DNA of 64,000 nt from Patescibacteria group bacterium (GTDB lineage: Bacteria; Patescibacteriota; Patescibacteriia; UBA1558; GWA2-36-10), in NCBI GenBank assembly GCA_018819405.1, contig JAHJQF010000001.1:98097-162096 (forward strand), given 5' to 3'. The notes under the pieces were generated by a model, which was not told the DNA's origin, ran no database searches, and saw nothing but the letters and a program-made list of their open reading frames with translations. Below are positions 8,105 through 18,330 of this stretch, piece after piece. Position 1 is the first letter of the stretch. Each line of letters starts with the position of its first letter. A program made the position numbers and the translations under genes.

Positions 8105-8896
8105 CTACAATAATGTATTTTGCCAAGAACCCATCTTGCCGGCCACTTTGGCAGTTTTTATTTTATCCACATCAAATATTCTGACCGCGTCTCTTAGATG
8201 ACAGTGCGCTTTTATCTTATTGCCATCAATTCTTTGAATATCAATTTTTCTGATAGTAGTTTTACCTTTGTCATCCATATATTCAATTTCTAATTGATCA
8301 CCATTTTTCAAGGCAGCTACTATCTTGTCAGGGACTGTCTTACCATTGCCATTGGACCAGCGAGCTACTATTTTTTCTTTGCGCCCAGCATTGGTGTACC
8401 AAATATAGCCATGCTCCTTGCCATAATCATAAACTTCTTTGGTTACCTTCACATCATCCAAACAATATTTTATAAGGCTGTCCCAATCACCTTGCCTATA
8501 ATAAAATATAGCATCCAATCCTGCGCCTGACTTACCATAACCCAAAGTACTCTGAGCAACTGTTTCCAGCTTGAGACGATGCCCAAGAGCAAAGACTACC
8601 TCTTCTAAAATGTCCAGGTGCCCGATAGTGCTCAAATTAAAATCCTTGAAATATGGCTGAAGCACTGTAAAATCAAAACTCTTACTATTAAAACCAATAA
8701 CTAACTCGGTATTTTTGAGTAATTCCAAAAGCTCACCAAATTCCTCTTCTTTGAAAGCCCTGTATCCGTTGCGATTATAAGAATAGACGCCCACCACTGA
8801 TACGCCCAAAAGATGACGATTGTGCTGACCACCCACTTCATCAAAAGTTTTTTTGGTTTCAAGGTCTAATACGATTTTGTCTTTATTTTCTGACAT
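8105..8896 (-). CDS. DEDD-type 3'-5' exonuclease domain protein with a C-terminal extension
   Basis: N-terminal LDLETKK (Exo I D-x-E motif) and ribonuclease H-like spacing. About 90 aa of uncharacterised C-terminal domain. Confidence 0.5.
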   Translation of the reverse strand: MSENKDKIVLDLETKKTFDEVGGQHNRHLLGVSVVGVYSYNRNGYRAFKEEEFGELLELLKNTELVIGFNSKSFDFTVLQPYFKDFNLSTIGHLDILEEVVFALGHRLKLETVAQSTLGYGKSGAGLDAIFYYRQGDWDSLIKYCLDDVKVTKEVYDYGKEHGYIWYTNAGRKEKIVARWSNGNGKTVPDKIVAALKNGDQLEIEYMDDKGKTTIRKIDIQRIDGNKIKAHCHLRDAVRIFDVDKIKTAKVAGKMGSWQNTLL

Positions 8897-8908
8897 AATG
8901 TTTTATTA

Positions 8909-8992
8909 TTGTCATTGCGAGGAGCGAATAAAATGAGCGACGCGGCAATCTAAAAACTTCTAGATTACTTCGCTGCCGCTCGTAATGACGTG
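8909..8992 (-). repeat. ~84-bp hairpin-forming intergenic repeat, copy 2 (transcribed orientation on the minus strand)
   Basis: Reverse complement aligns with 5502-5581 over most of its length. Ends 12 nt before the start of the minus-strand gene 8105..8896. Confidence 0.7.
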
Positions 8993-9019
8993 TTAACATT
9001 ATAACAAATCCTCATATTT

Positions 9020-11044
9020 TTACCAATCATCTACACTAGGCAAAAAACTACCTTCTTCTGGTGTATATTCTACTCCGTCTTCAGCCGCAAAGGTCACGCT
9101 TCTGGCCAAATCATTGTACTGCAAAAGACGACTATCAATATCTACTACAAAAGGGGATGGCTTCATTTGTTTTAATCCGTCATATCTAATCATCGCCAGA
9201 GGATAGGTCAAAAACAAATATTTTTCTGCCCTAGTGACAGCTACATAAAATAGACGACGCTCCTCTTCTCTCTCTTCTTCACTGACTGATAAGGGATGAG
9301 GAAAAGACTGGTCAGTCATAGACATCACAAATACGGCCGGCCATTCCAGGCCTTTGGCCTGATGGACAGTAGATAGTACTACAGCATTTTGATTTTGTTC
9401 TCTATTTTGTTTGGCCGAATAGCTTTCTTGCAGACTTATTTCATTCAAAAATAGTTCCAAAGAATCATACTCAGTGGCAAAAAGAGCCAGCTGCTCCAAA
9501 TCATCCTGACGATATTTATAATCTGTATATTTACTCATCAAATAAAAACTATACTGATTAATAATAATAGCCAACAGCTTACTGAGATTTTCATCTTTGT
9601 GCTGCAATAAGGCCTCAAGAGTGACTATTAATTCGCTCCAGCTCTTAGCAGCTTTACTGGCTATCTCAATTTTAAAATCCAAAATATCTTCCAATTTATC
9701 AAGAGCCGATATTTTTTGATAAATAAGTTGGGCTGTCACCGCACCAATACCTTCGTACATATGAAGCACTCTCATCCAGGACACTTCATCACGAAAATTA
9801 CCCAGCACTTTAAGATATGCCAAGACATCTTTGACGTGAGCTCTTTCAAAAAAACGAAGACCACCTCTCATCTCATAATTTATGCCTCGACGATTGAGCT
9901 CCATTTCTAGAGCCCGACTGTGTGACGAGGCACGAAATAAAACAGCTATATCAGATTCTCTCATACCCCTTTCAATCAACTCCTCTATCTTGTCAGCAAT
10001 ATAACTAGCTTCTTGATTGTGACTCATCAAAGCTACTAGTTCTGGCCGGACATGAGCTTCTTTGACCGCTTTTAGATTTTTGGCAAATTGATAATTATTG
10101 GCCTTTATAATATCGTTGGCCAGATCCAATATCTCCGGTGTAGATCGATAATTTGTTTCTAGTTTATATATTTTGGTATTACTAAATCTATCCGGAAACT
10201 CCAAAATATTTCTGATATCAGCTGCTCGAAAAGAATATATACTCTGAGCATCATCACCGACTGCCAAAATATTTTTGTGTGTTTGAGCCAGATTAAAAAT
10301 AATTTCAGCCTGAATAGTATTGGTATCCTGATACTCATCTACTAATATATAATCCCACTTGTCTTGAAGTTTTTTTGATACTTCTGGATGTTCGGTCATT
10401 GCTTTCCAAAAAATAAGCAAATCATCAAAATCCAAAACATTGGATTCTTTTTTTCGGCGCTGATACTCACCAGCTATTTTTTCAAAAATTTCCAAAAGCG
10501 GCATCCACTCGGGAAATTTGGTTTCCAGGGCTTCTTCAATACTGAGTTTACTGTTGGTGGCAAAGCTGATTGTTTCTTTAAATAGACTAGCTGATGGCTT
10601 ATTTTTTTCTGACATATTAACTAGCATTTCTTTGGATATCATTTTTATCAAACTTTCACTGTCATCACTATCCATTATAGTAAAATTTGGTTCAACTCCT
10701 ATTGCTTTGCCATATATTCTCAAAAGCCTGTTTGCTACACTGTGGAATGTCCCGCCCCAAAGAGGAAATTTAGCATCTTTTCTTATGCCCAAAAGATGCC
10801 TGACTCTAGCTATCATCTCACTGGCTGCTTTATTGGTAAAAGTAAGGAGTAATATCCGAGCCGGATCTACTCCACTATCTACCAGCCAAGCGGCCCGATA
10901 GGTCAGGGTTCTAGTTTTGCCACTACCAGCGCCAGCCAAAACTAAATGAGGCCCTTTACCTGAAGTAACGACCTCGTATTGTTCTTTGTTTAGTTCATTT
11001 TTGAAATCCAATTGACTCATAGTAGAAGTATTATAACTAATCAT
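9020..11044 (-). CDS. uvrD: UvrD/PcrA-family ATP-dependent DNA helicase
   Basis: Walker A GAGSGKTRT. Helicase motif order characteristic of the SF1 UvrD family. 674 aa. Confidence 0.85.
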   Translation of the reverse strand: MISYNTSTMSQLDFKNELNKEQYEVVTSGKGPHLVLAGAGSGKTRTLTYRAAWLVDSGVDPARILLLTFTNKAASEMIARVRHLLGIRKDAKFPLWGGTFHSVANRLLRIYGKAIGVEPNFTIMDSDDSESLIKMISKEMLVNMSEKNKPSASLFKETISFATNSKLSIEEALETKFPEWMPLLEIFEKIAGEYQRRKKESNVLDFDDLLIFWKAMTEHPEVSKKLQDKWDYILVDEYQDTNTIQAEIIFNLAQTHKNILAVGDDAQSIYSFRAADIRNILEFPDRFSNTKIYKLETNYRSTPEILDLANDIIKANNYQFAKNLKAVKEAHVRPELVALMSHNQEASYIADKIEELIERGMRESDIAVLFRASSHSRALEMELNRRGINYEMRGGLRFFERAHVKDVLAYLKVLGNFRDEVSWMRVLHMYEGIGAVTAQLIYQKISALDKLEDILDFKIEIASKAAKSWSELIVTLEALLQHKDENLSKLLAIIINQYSFYLMSKYTDYKYRQDDLEQLALFATEYDSLELFLNEISLQESYSAKQNREQNQNAVVLSTVHQAKGLEWPAVFVMSMTDQSFPHPLSVSEEEREEERRLFYVAVTRAEKYLFLTYPLAMIRYDGLKQMKPSPFVVDIDSRLLQYNDLARSVTFAAEDGVEYTPEEGSFLPSVDDW

Positions 11045-11095
11045 TGATTTTTATACAAATCTATGATTTAATGCCCTAGTTATTAAACAAAATTT

Positions 11096-12157
11096 ATGTC
11101 TTTTTCCCTAGGAATTGTCGGCCTACCAAATGTCGGCAAATCAACACTATTTCAAGCATTAACCAGAAACAAGGTAGAAGCCAGTAACTACCCTTTTTGT
11201 ACTATTGATCCCAATGTCGGCGTGGTGGCAGTGCCAGACGAACGACTGGAAAAATTGGCTTTGATGTCAAAATCCGCCAAAATAATTCCCACCACCATTG
11301 AATTTGTGGACATTGCCGGACTAGTCAAGGGCGCGTCAGAAGGAGAAGGATTAGGTAACAAGTTTTTGGCTCACATTAGAGAGGTGGACGCCATAGTGCA
11401 AGTGGTCCGACGCTTTGAAGACAAAAATGTCACTCATGTCCATGGCAATATTGATCCGGAATATGACAAACAAATAATTAACCTAGAGCTTATTCTAGCC
11501 GACCTTGATACAGTGACTAAGACTTATGACAAAGTGGTCTCCAAAATAAAAGGCCCTCATGACAAGCAACTTGACGCAGAAAAAATAGTTTTGGAACGTG
11601 TCAAAGAAGTATTAGAAAACAATCAATTGGCTAATACTCTAGAATTTAAACCTGAAGAAAAAAAATTACTACGTGGCTACAATCTTTTGACTACCAAGCC
11701 AATTATATACCTATACAATATAGACGAAGTTGATTTGTCCGCCGACTTGGGACTGCCGGAAAACACTATTCCTATTTGCGCCAAAATAGAAGCTGAGCTA
11801 GCTGATTTGGAAGCAAACGAAGCCAAAGAGTATCTCAAAGAATTGGGTATTGCCAAAAGCGGCTTGGACAATCTGATTACTGCTAGTTACAAATTACTTA
11901 ATCTCATTACCTTTATTACCACCGGCCCGGAAGAAACCAGAGCCTGGACAGTGGAAGATGGCGCCAAAGCCCCACAAGCGGCTGGAGTGATTCATACCGA
12001 CTTTGCCAAAGGCTTTATCAGAGCCGAAGTCATAAATTGGCAGACCCTACTAGATGATGGCGGCTGGAATCAGGCCAAAGAAAAAGGACATATGCGTATG
12101 GAAGGCAAAGAATATATTATCAAAGATGGTGATACTGTCCATTTTCATTTTAACTAA
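11096..12157 (+). CDS. ychF: Ribosome-binding ATPase YchF
   Basis: [15 protein letters not shown]-loop and a C-terminal TGS-like region. 353 aa. Confidence 0.9.
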   Translation: MSFSLGIVGLPNVGKSTLFQALTRNKVEASNYPFCTIDPNVGVVAVPDERLEKLALMSKSAKIIPTTIEFVDIAGLVKGASEGEGLGNKFLAHIREVDAIVQVVRRFEDKNVTHVHGNIDPEYDKQIINLELILADLDTVTKTYDKVVSKIKGPHDKQLDAEKIVLERVKEVLENNQLANTLEFKPEEKKLLRGYNLLTTKPIIYLYNIDEVDLSADLGLPENTIPICAKIEAELADLEANEAKEYLKELGIAKSGLDNLITASYKLLNLITFITTGPEETRAWTVEDGAKAPQAAGVIHTDFAKGFIRAEVINWQTLLDDGGWNQAKEKGHMRMEGKEYIIKDGDTVHFHFN

Positions 12158-12159
12158 AT

Positions 12160-13872
12160 TTAATTACTAGCAATTTCCCACAAAGCCTGGCTGTTGTTTT
12201 GATCAACGGCTATTTGTTTTGCCTTCAATTCTTCGGCTTGTGGCCAGCAGAGACTAGCTATCACGTATTTTTGATTTGGCAATTCATTATTAGAGCTATC
12301 AAAGGGAATTAACCGAGATTTTAAAAGCAAAAATTGCCAACGATCAAAATTTCTGGAATAAGTATACGAATCCATAGTAGTAAATATTTTATCCCCTACA
12401 CAGGTACGCCTTGTCATATCATAGTTTAAGCTGTCTATTTTTTCATTAATCACCAGAAACGCTAAATTATTATACTGCTCAAACAAGTTTGTTCTTACGG
12501 CTATATTGTATGAATAATACATGTAATTCATTAATAAATAAAAAAACATCAGCATCAATAAACCATATATAAATCTATTACTAAAAAATCTCCAAAGAAT
12601 AATTATTACTAGTATTGATAGAGAAGTGATCTTAATAATTTTTACACCACCAAAAGTAATTATCCAGGCAAATAATCCTGGTATATTAAATAAAAGCGAA
12701 TGACCACGTAAAAAATCGGCGGCTAGAAAATGCAAAATTATAGCTATACTAGCCAACATGACCAAAACAAAAATATAGTTTCTTAACCTAAAAAACTCTT
12801 TATAGATAGCCCATAAACCAAACAAAATCCACAACAATAAAAATGGATCATTATGTCTACCATAAATCACTATATCTGCTCTACCGCTACTTGCTGAAAA
12901 AAATAAAACTGAAACACCAAAAATTGTTAAAGATAAAAATAAAAACAATGAGAAAAATATATAAAAATTATTAGTCAAAAACTTTTTTTTATCTTTTTTG
13001 AATCCTCTCAAAATATTTTTTACCACATAAAAAAAGGCCAGGGGGAATATTCCAAAACTAGCTATACATAAATATAATACCTGACCAAAAAACTTAGAAA
13101 ATATATATCTTATTTCTGACCAAGAAAAAATCCTAACCAACACATCCAAAATACTATACACATTAGGATCTGTCCAAGCCTTGGCTAAAATATATCCATT
13201 ATAAATATAGGACATGGTAAATAAACCTAAAATAATCAATAGACTGAATATAGTTTTAGGCCAAGCAAATCTTTTTAAAATTGCCAATATAATCAAGATC
13301 ACAACTACAACAAATACCAATGGTAAAGCCCTGAGATGAATAGCATAAAGAGAACCAAAAAATATACTAAAAAATATAAAATTGATATAAGATTCGTTTT
13401 TTAAAACTCGCCAAAATAATACAAAAGATAGGGTCATTATAAATGCAAACAGTGACTCTGAAGTAGCGGTACTAGCATACATAAATAATGATGGATAAAG
13501 GCAAGCCGCAAAAGAAATAAGAGCCGCTATTTTTTTATCAGCTGAAAATATATTCCTCAATAAATAATAAAACAAAAATACCAAAGCGCTAGCTAAAATG
13601 GCATTAAACAACAAGGCTATTTTATAAATCAATATAGCATTAGAAAAAATCAAAAATAATGGGCTGAGTAAAAGCCCATAACCAAAAGTACCGAAAGAAT
13701 GCTCTATAAAATAAAAATTAATGCCCGTGGCAAAATAACGAGCATGAGCCAAAACTATCACTTCGTCAGGAATAACATTTGGAGTATAAAAAGATCTATT
13801 ATAAAAAATATGCAACAAAAGCAAAATTAAAAAAAGGATAAATACTAATCTTTTTTTGAAAAATCCTGACAT
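12160..13872 (-). CDS. GT-C fold integral-membrane glycosyltransferase (family 39/83, ArnT/PMT-like), paralog A
   Basis: More than 10 TM helices. IPDEVI motif in the first extracytoplasmic loop. C-terminal soluble domain ending CWPQAEELKAKQIAVDQNN. Confidence 0.65.
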   Translation of the reverse strand: MSGFFKKRLVFILFLILLLLHIFYNRSFYTPNVIPDEVIVLAHARYFATGINFYFIEHSFGTFGYGLLLSPLFLIFSNAILIYKIALLFNAILASALVFLFYYLLRNIFSADKKIAALISFAACLYPSLFMYASTATSESLFAFIMTLSFVLFWRVLKNESYINFIFFSIFFGSLYAIHLRALPLVFVVVVILIILAILKRFAWPKTIFSLLIILGLFTMSYIYNGYILAKAWTDPNVYSILDVLVRIFSWSEIRYIFSKFFGQVLYLCIASFGIFPLAFFYVVKNILRGFKKDKKKFLTNNFYIFFSLFLFLSLTIFGVSVLFFSASSGRADIVIYGRHNDPFLLLWILFGLWAIYKEFFRLRNYIFVLVMLASIAIILHFLAADFLRGHSLLFNIPGLFAWIITFGGVKIIKITSLSILVIIILWRFFSNRFIYGLLMLMFFYLLMNYMYYSYNIAVRTNLFEQYNNLAFLVINEKIDSLNYDMTRRTCVGDKIFTTMDSYTYSRNFDRWQFLLLKSRLIPFDSSNNELPNQKYVIASLCWPQAEELKAKQIAVDQNNSQALWEIASN

Positions 13873-13896
13873 TTTTTTATTATAAAAAATTAATTA

Positions 13897-15618
13897 TTAC
13901 TCTACAGTCCACAAAGCCTGGCCATTTTTTTGATCAACGGCTATTTGTTTTGCTGCCAATTCTTCGGCTTGCGGCCAACAAACACTAGAAACTACAAATT
14001 CATTTATTGGTTTTTCATTTTTTTGACTAGAAAAAGGATCAAATCTTGTACCCAACAATAAAAATTGCCAACGATCAAAATTACGAGGATAATCATGCAT
14101 ACCTCTCAAAGCTACAGACACTTTAGCATCACAAACATAATTTGTCATATCATAAGATAAATTTTTAATGCCTTTTTCATCTATTATATAAGCCAAATCA
14201 TTAAAATTACTAAGAGCCACCCTCATAGCCTTCATATAAGAATGATTAATGCTGTTCATTAAGACAAAAATTATAACAATAGCAACCAGGCCATTGTAAA
14301 AACTTTTTTTAAAATAAAAAATAAGCAAAGTAAATAGCGCTATACTAATCAATGAAATAATAAACAATTTTAGGCCTTGTAAAATAATAGCCAGAGGAAA
14401 GACGCCTGAAGTATTAAACATCAATATAGTGTCTTGGGAATAATCTCCTCTATTTATGGATATAATAAACCCTAAAACCAATAGACTAAATAAAGAAAAA
14501 ATTATATTTTTTCTACTAACCTTATTTTTATAAAAAGCTACTATACCTATAGCCAAAAACAATATAAAAAATATCTCATTATGCCGGCCATATATGACTG
14601 CATCCAATCTCTCAGAAAAAACCATAAAAAGACTAGAGCTAAAAAACATTGCTCCCGACAATAAAAATAAAAATATAAGCACGAGCGCTTTATTATCTGC
14701 TAAAATACTCTTGCCTTTGGATTTTATTGAAGTATACAAATAGTTGACCAAATAAAATATTGCCACAAAAAATAGACCAAAACTAGAAATGCCTAGATAT
14801 AAAAATTGCCCCAAGAGATTATAAAAAAATATTTCCAAACCGCGCCAAGTCAAGAGCTTGCTAAAAGTATAGCTAAGAGAATATGGCACCAAGTCCTGCC
14901 AACCCAATAATAATAAATGACTATTTATTTGTCGAGTCACAAAAAACAATGCTAGACAAATAATAATAGACCAAATAACTTTTTTGAGCTCTATTACTCT
15001 TAAAATAGCCAATATAATTAACACCAAAAAAGCGGCTGCTATAAAAGCCAGCGACCTTACATGGACTGTATAAAGGAAGCCGAGATTTAGCCCAAAAAAT
15101 ATAAAATATTTGAGCTCTTTGCGCTCTAAAATTTTCCAAAACAACAAAATTAATAAAACAAATAAAACAAAAGATATAGTCTCTGTAATAACTAAAGAGG
15201 CTTGAGTAAAAATAGCTGGATATAAAGAAGTAACAAAAGCTATTGCCATTGCCTTTTCTTTGGCAATATTAAACAAATCTTTTATAAATAAATATATCAG
15301 CCAAAACAACAAAACACACAATAAACTATTTAAAATCAAGGCCGCTTTGTATACCAAAAATGGATTGGAAAAAAACAATAGTATTGGCGTAATAAATAAA
15401 GGAAAACCAAAACTACCAAAAGCAGCGTTGACATAAGAAAAAGAGTGCCCGCTAAAAAAATAATAAGCATGGCCAAGATATATTGTCTCATCCGGTACTA
15501 CGATTGGCTCGCTAAAACCCCAATTGTAGCCAATATGAAATAAAAATACCAAGATAATATAAATAAATATATTATTTGGTATAACACTTATAGTGTTTTC
15601 TAAACTAAAATTTTTCAC
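13897..15618 (-). CDS. GT-C fold integral-membrane glycosyltransferase, paralog B (tandem duplicate)
   Basis: Same architecture as paralog A. VPDETI motif. C-terminal about 25 aa and about 70 nt of DNA nearly identical to paralog A. Confidence 0.65.
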   Translation of the reverse strand: MKNFSLENTISVIPNNIFIYIILVFLFHIGYNWGFSEPIVVPDETIYLGHAYYFFSGHSFSYVNAAFGSFGFPLFITPILLFFSNPFLVYKAALILNSLLCVLLFWLIYLFIKDLFNIAKEKAMAIAFVTSLYPAIFTQASLVITETISFVLFVLLILLFWKILERKELKYFIFFGLNLGFLYTVHVRSLAFIAAAFLVLIILAILRVIELKKVIWSIIICLALFFVTRQINSHLLLLGWQDLVPYSLSYTFSKLLTWRGLEIFFYNLLGQFLYLGISSFGLFFVAIFYLVNYLYTSIKSKGKSILADNKALVLIFLFLLSGAMFFSSSLFMVFSERLDAVIYGRHNEIFFILFLAIGIVAFYKNKVSRKNIIFSLFSLLVLGFIISINRGDYSQDTILMFNTSGVFPLAIILQGLKLFIISLISIALFTLLIFYFKKSFYNGLVAIVIIFVLMNSINHSYMKAMRVALSNFNDLAYIIDEKGIKNLSYDMTNYVCDAKVSVALRGMHDYPRNFDRWQFLLLGTRFDPFSSQKNEKPINEFVVSSVCWPQAEELAAKQIAVDQKNGQALWTVE

Positions 15619-15730
15619 AAATTATATTTTTTTATAAATGTAACTATATAGTAACATATATCTACGATAAATTAAACGCAGCCTTGATTTAATTTTTGAT
15701 TACTGGTTTAATTGCTATATAATAAAAAAT

Positions 15731-16711
15731 ATGAAATTAATCATCCAAATTCCAGCTTATAATGAAGAAAAAACCATCGCCGATATTATCAAAAATATAC
15801 CAAAAAATATTGATAATATAGATAAAATAGAAATATTGGTGATGGACGACGGTTCAAGTGACCAAACAGCTAATTTGTCACGGCAGGCGGGAGCCAATTA
15901 TGTATTTAGCCGCAAAAAAAACATTGGGCTAGGTAATAATTTTAAATCTGGTATTGATGCCACCCTAAAATTGGGTGCCGATATAATAGTAAATATAGAT
16001 GGTGATGGACAATTTGACCCTCAAGATATACCTAAATTAGTAAAACCTATAGTCGAAAAAGAAGCCCAAATGGTAACTGGCTCAAGATTTTTGGATAAAA
16101 ATACTAGCAAAAATGTGCCCTGGCTGAAAAGAATGGGCAATAAATATTTTAGCAAGCTGATTTCTCAAATCACCGGCCAAAAATTCAGCGATACTCAATG
16201 CGGTTTCAGGGCCTATTCCAAAGAAGCAGCTCTGCAACTCAATTTGTTTGGAAAATTTACCTACACACAAGAAGCTTTTATTGACCTGGCCGAAAAAGGC
16301 ATTAAAATAGTTGAAGTGCCAATAGCTGTAAAATACTTCAAAGAAAGAAAATCAAAAATATCCGGTAACCTAATATTTTATGGTTTTAGAAGTCTAGGTA
16401 TAATTGCCAATACTACTCGAGATACTCAACCACTATCCTTTTTTGGTGTTCCGGGATTATTACTTTTTGTGTTTGGTTTTGCTGGTGGACTGTTTTCTTT
16501 TGTTTACTGGATAATATATCTAGTTACCACTCCCATAAAAACTCTATTTATAGTATCGGTATTTTTTATGACTTTTGGCACCCTACTTATTATCTTCGGG
16601 CTATTAGCCGATATGATAAAAAGAGTCAAAAAAACACAGGAAAAAATCCTATATCACCTGAGAAAGAAAGAATTTGACAAATTTAGAGAAAATTCTGAAT
16701 CAAAAAATTAG
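15731..16711 (+). CDS. GT2 polyprenyl-phosphate glycosyltransferase (DPM1/ArnC-like) with C-terminal TM helices
   Basis: IPAYNEE, DDGSSD and DGDGQ motifs of the GT-A fold. Two C-terminal TM segments. Confidence 0.8.
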   Translation: MKLIIQIPAYNEEKTIADIIKNIPKNIDNIDKIEILVMDDGSSDQTANLSRQAGANYVFSRKKNIGLGNNFKSGIDATLKLGADIIVNIDGDGQFDPQDIPKLVKPIVEKEAQMVTGSRFLDKNTSKNVPWLKRMGNKYFSKLISQITGQKFSDTQCGFRAYSKEAALQLNLFGKFTYTQEAFIDLAEKGIKIVEVPIAVKYFKERKSKISGNLIFYGFRSLGIIANTTRDTQPLSFFGVPGLLLFVFGFAGGLFSFVYWIIYLVTTPIKTLFIVSVFFMTFGTLLIIFGLLADMIKRVKKTQEKILYHLRKKEFDKFRENSESKN

Positions 16712-17765
16712 CCACAATTCTGGAAGGATTAATTGCCTCGTCTTTCGGGTATAATTTATAGCTGTAGTAATTACTTACAAAATCTTCTACAGTTTTTTTA
16801 TTATAGCCAGAAAGCACAGCATTTTGTCCCAAGCCTTCTTGCCTCTCAGTTTTTTGTCTCAATATCAAACAAGGCTTACCTAGATAAAAACTCTCCTCTT
16901 GATTGCTCCCACCATCAGTAATAATAAATTCGGCCTTATCCATTAATTTTATAAAATCAAAATAATCATACCGTGGCCTGAGTTCTATATTTTTATTATT
17001 TTTTAACCTGTTATAAAAATCAAATTTTCTTAATTTATCCTTAGTAGGCGGGTGTAATATAAACAAAAGCTTTATACTATCAGCTGTATCCTCTATCAGC
17101 TCAATCAAAGACAAAAATCTATTTTTTTTGAAAACATTTTCAAAACGATGCAATGATACAATGGCAAATTTTTCCTGAGGGATATCCAGATTTTGTTTAG
17201 TATCGCTATCTATAGCTAATTTGACTGAATCATAAAGAGTATTATAAATTGTATCTATTTTTTTACCTTTATATTTTTCTAAATTGCCCATCGCCCAAGC
17301 TCCTGGACAAAAATAATAATCAGTTAAGTGAAAAGTAAGATACCTAAATATTTCTTCTGGAAAAGGGTGAAAAAAATTAAAAGATCTAAGACCTGATTCT
17401 AAATGGCTATTTTTTAATCCAGCCAGCTTGGCCAATATTGACCCCAAGAGAGTAGTAAAAGTATCACCATGATTGATGACAATTCCATTTTTATCATCTT
17501 TAAATATTTCTTTTTTGTTTTTCAAAAATTTAAAAATAATTTTGCCGCCCCATGCAATCATCTGACTGACTTTGACAATGTCTGGACCTGAATATAAAAC
17601 AATGTCTGGTTTTTTGACTCCAAAATTTTCCATCAGATCATCCATAGTCTCTTTATGCTGACCACTGATAATAAAATTGTAATCAACGCCCCTGTCTTGA
17701 AGTTCTTTCATCAAGGGAGCCACTTTGATAAGCTGGGCTTTTGTGCCTATTATGATATGAATCAT
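16683..17765 (-). CDS. UDP-N-acetylglucosamine 2-epimerase-like (WecB family)
   Basis: IHIIIGTKAQLIKVAPLMKEL and ITDGGSNQEES resemble the WecB N- and C-terminal motifs. Convergent 29-nt overlap with the GT2 gene. Confidence 0.65.
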   Translation of the reverse strand: MIHIIIGTKAQLIKVAPLMKELQDRGVDYNFIISGQHKETMDDLMENFGVKKPDIVLYSGPDIVKVSQMIAWGGKIIFKFLKNKKEIFKDDKNGIVINHGDTFTTLLGSILAKLAGLKNSHLESGLRSFNFFHPFPEEIFRYLTFHLTDYYFCPGAWAMGNLEKYKGKKIDTIYNTLYDSVKLAIDSDTKQNLDIPQEKFAIVSLHRFENVFKKNRFLSLIELIEDTADSIKLLFILHPPTKDKLRKFDFYNRLKNNKNIELRPRYDYFDFIKLMDKAEFIITDGGSNQEESFYLGKPCLILRQKTERQEGLGQNAVLSGYNKKTVEDFVSNYYSYKLYPKDEAINPSRIVANFLIQNFL

Positions 17766-17827
17766 GATATTACTTTATCATATAGTAAAATATCTGCAAA
17801 TATCTTTTTAATCCTGAACCAATATGT

Positions 17828-17836
17828 GCTATAATG
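17828..17836 (+). promoter_or_regulatory. Extended -10 promoter element (TGCTATAAT) for the candidate sRNA
   Basis: A TGnTATAAT match sits about 6 nt upstream of the inverted-repeat region that begins at 17842. Confidence 0.35.
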
Positions 17837-17837
17837 T

Positions 17838-18040
17838 ATTTGTAGTAGTTCATTGTTTTACTTCTTTAGCAAATAGTAGCTACACTAAAATCGCACAAAT
17901 GCACAAAGTGCTAGAAATAAAAACAAAACAATCTTAGTGAACTACTACCTTGCTCTGAAGACAATTAACAACTGAATATGGAAAACGTGGAAGTTTTCTA
18001 AAACTCCGTCGACATTGGGGCCGACGGAGTTTATTTTTGC
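17838..18040 (+). ncRNA. Candidate small structured RNA (promoter to terminator, about 200 nt, no ORF)
   Basis: 5' GTAGTAGTTCA (17842-17852) pairs with TGAACTACTAC (17938-17948). Ends at the hairpin AACTCCGTCG...CGACGGAGTT followed by TATTTTT (18001-18038). No plausible ORF lies on this strand. Confidence 0.35.
18001..18038 (+). terminator. Rho-independent terminator
   Basis: 10-bp stem AACTCCGTCG/CGACGGAGTT with a GC-rich loop, followed by TTATTTTT. Confidence 0.6.
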
Positions 18041-18194
18041 CAATTTTGCCTATGAACGAAGTGAGTAGTTACAAAATTGAGCACCTCGCGCAAACGGGGT
18101 AAAGCCAAGTAGCTTAAATATATATTCTTGACATACAATGAAAATAATGATAAAAATTGTTTATAAGACAATAAAATTAGTTTGATAGACAAAT

Positions 18195-18330
18195 TCACCC
18201 CGTTAAATAAATTCAATTTAATGGGTGATAATAGAAACCATATAGTATATTTTTAAAAAACATACAATAAACTAGCTAATTAATTGAATTTAAAATTTAA
18301 GAAACTTAAATTTTATTTAACGGGGTAAAT
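18195..18330. repeat. CCCCGTTAAATAAA inverted-repeat pair, copy b
   Basis: Left arm TTCACCCCGTTAAATAAA (18195-18212). Right arm TTTTATTTAACGGGGTAAAT (18311-18330) ends 1 nt before the ATG at 18331. Confidence 0.7.

Noticed and set aside
18031-18216. 61-aa minus-strand ORF in the long spacer
   Set aside because: It overlaps the terminator hairpin and the repeat arms. AT-rich frame with no start context. More likely non-coding.
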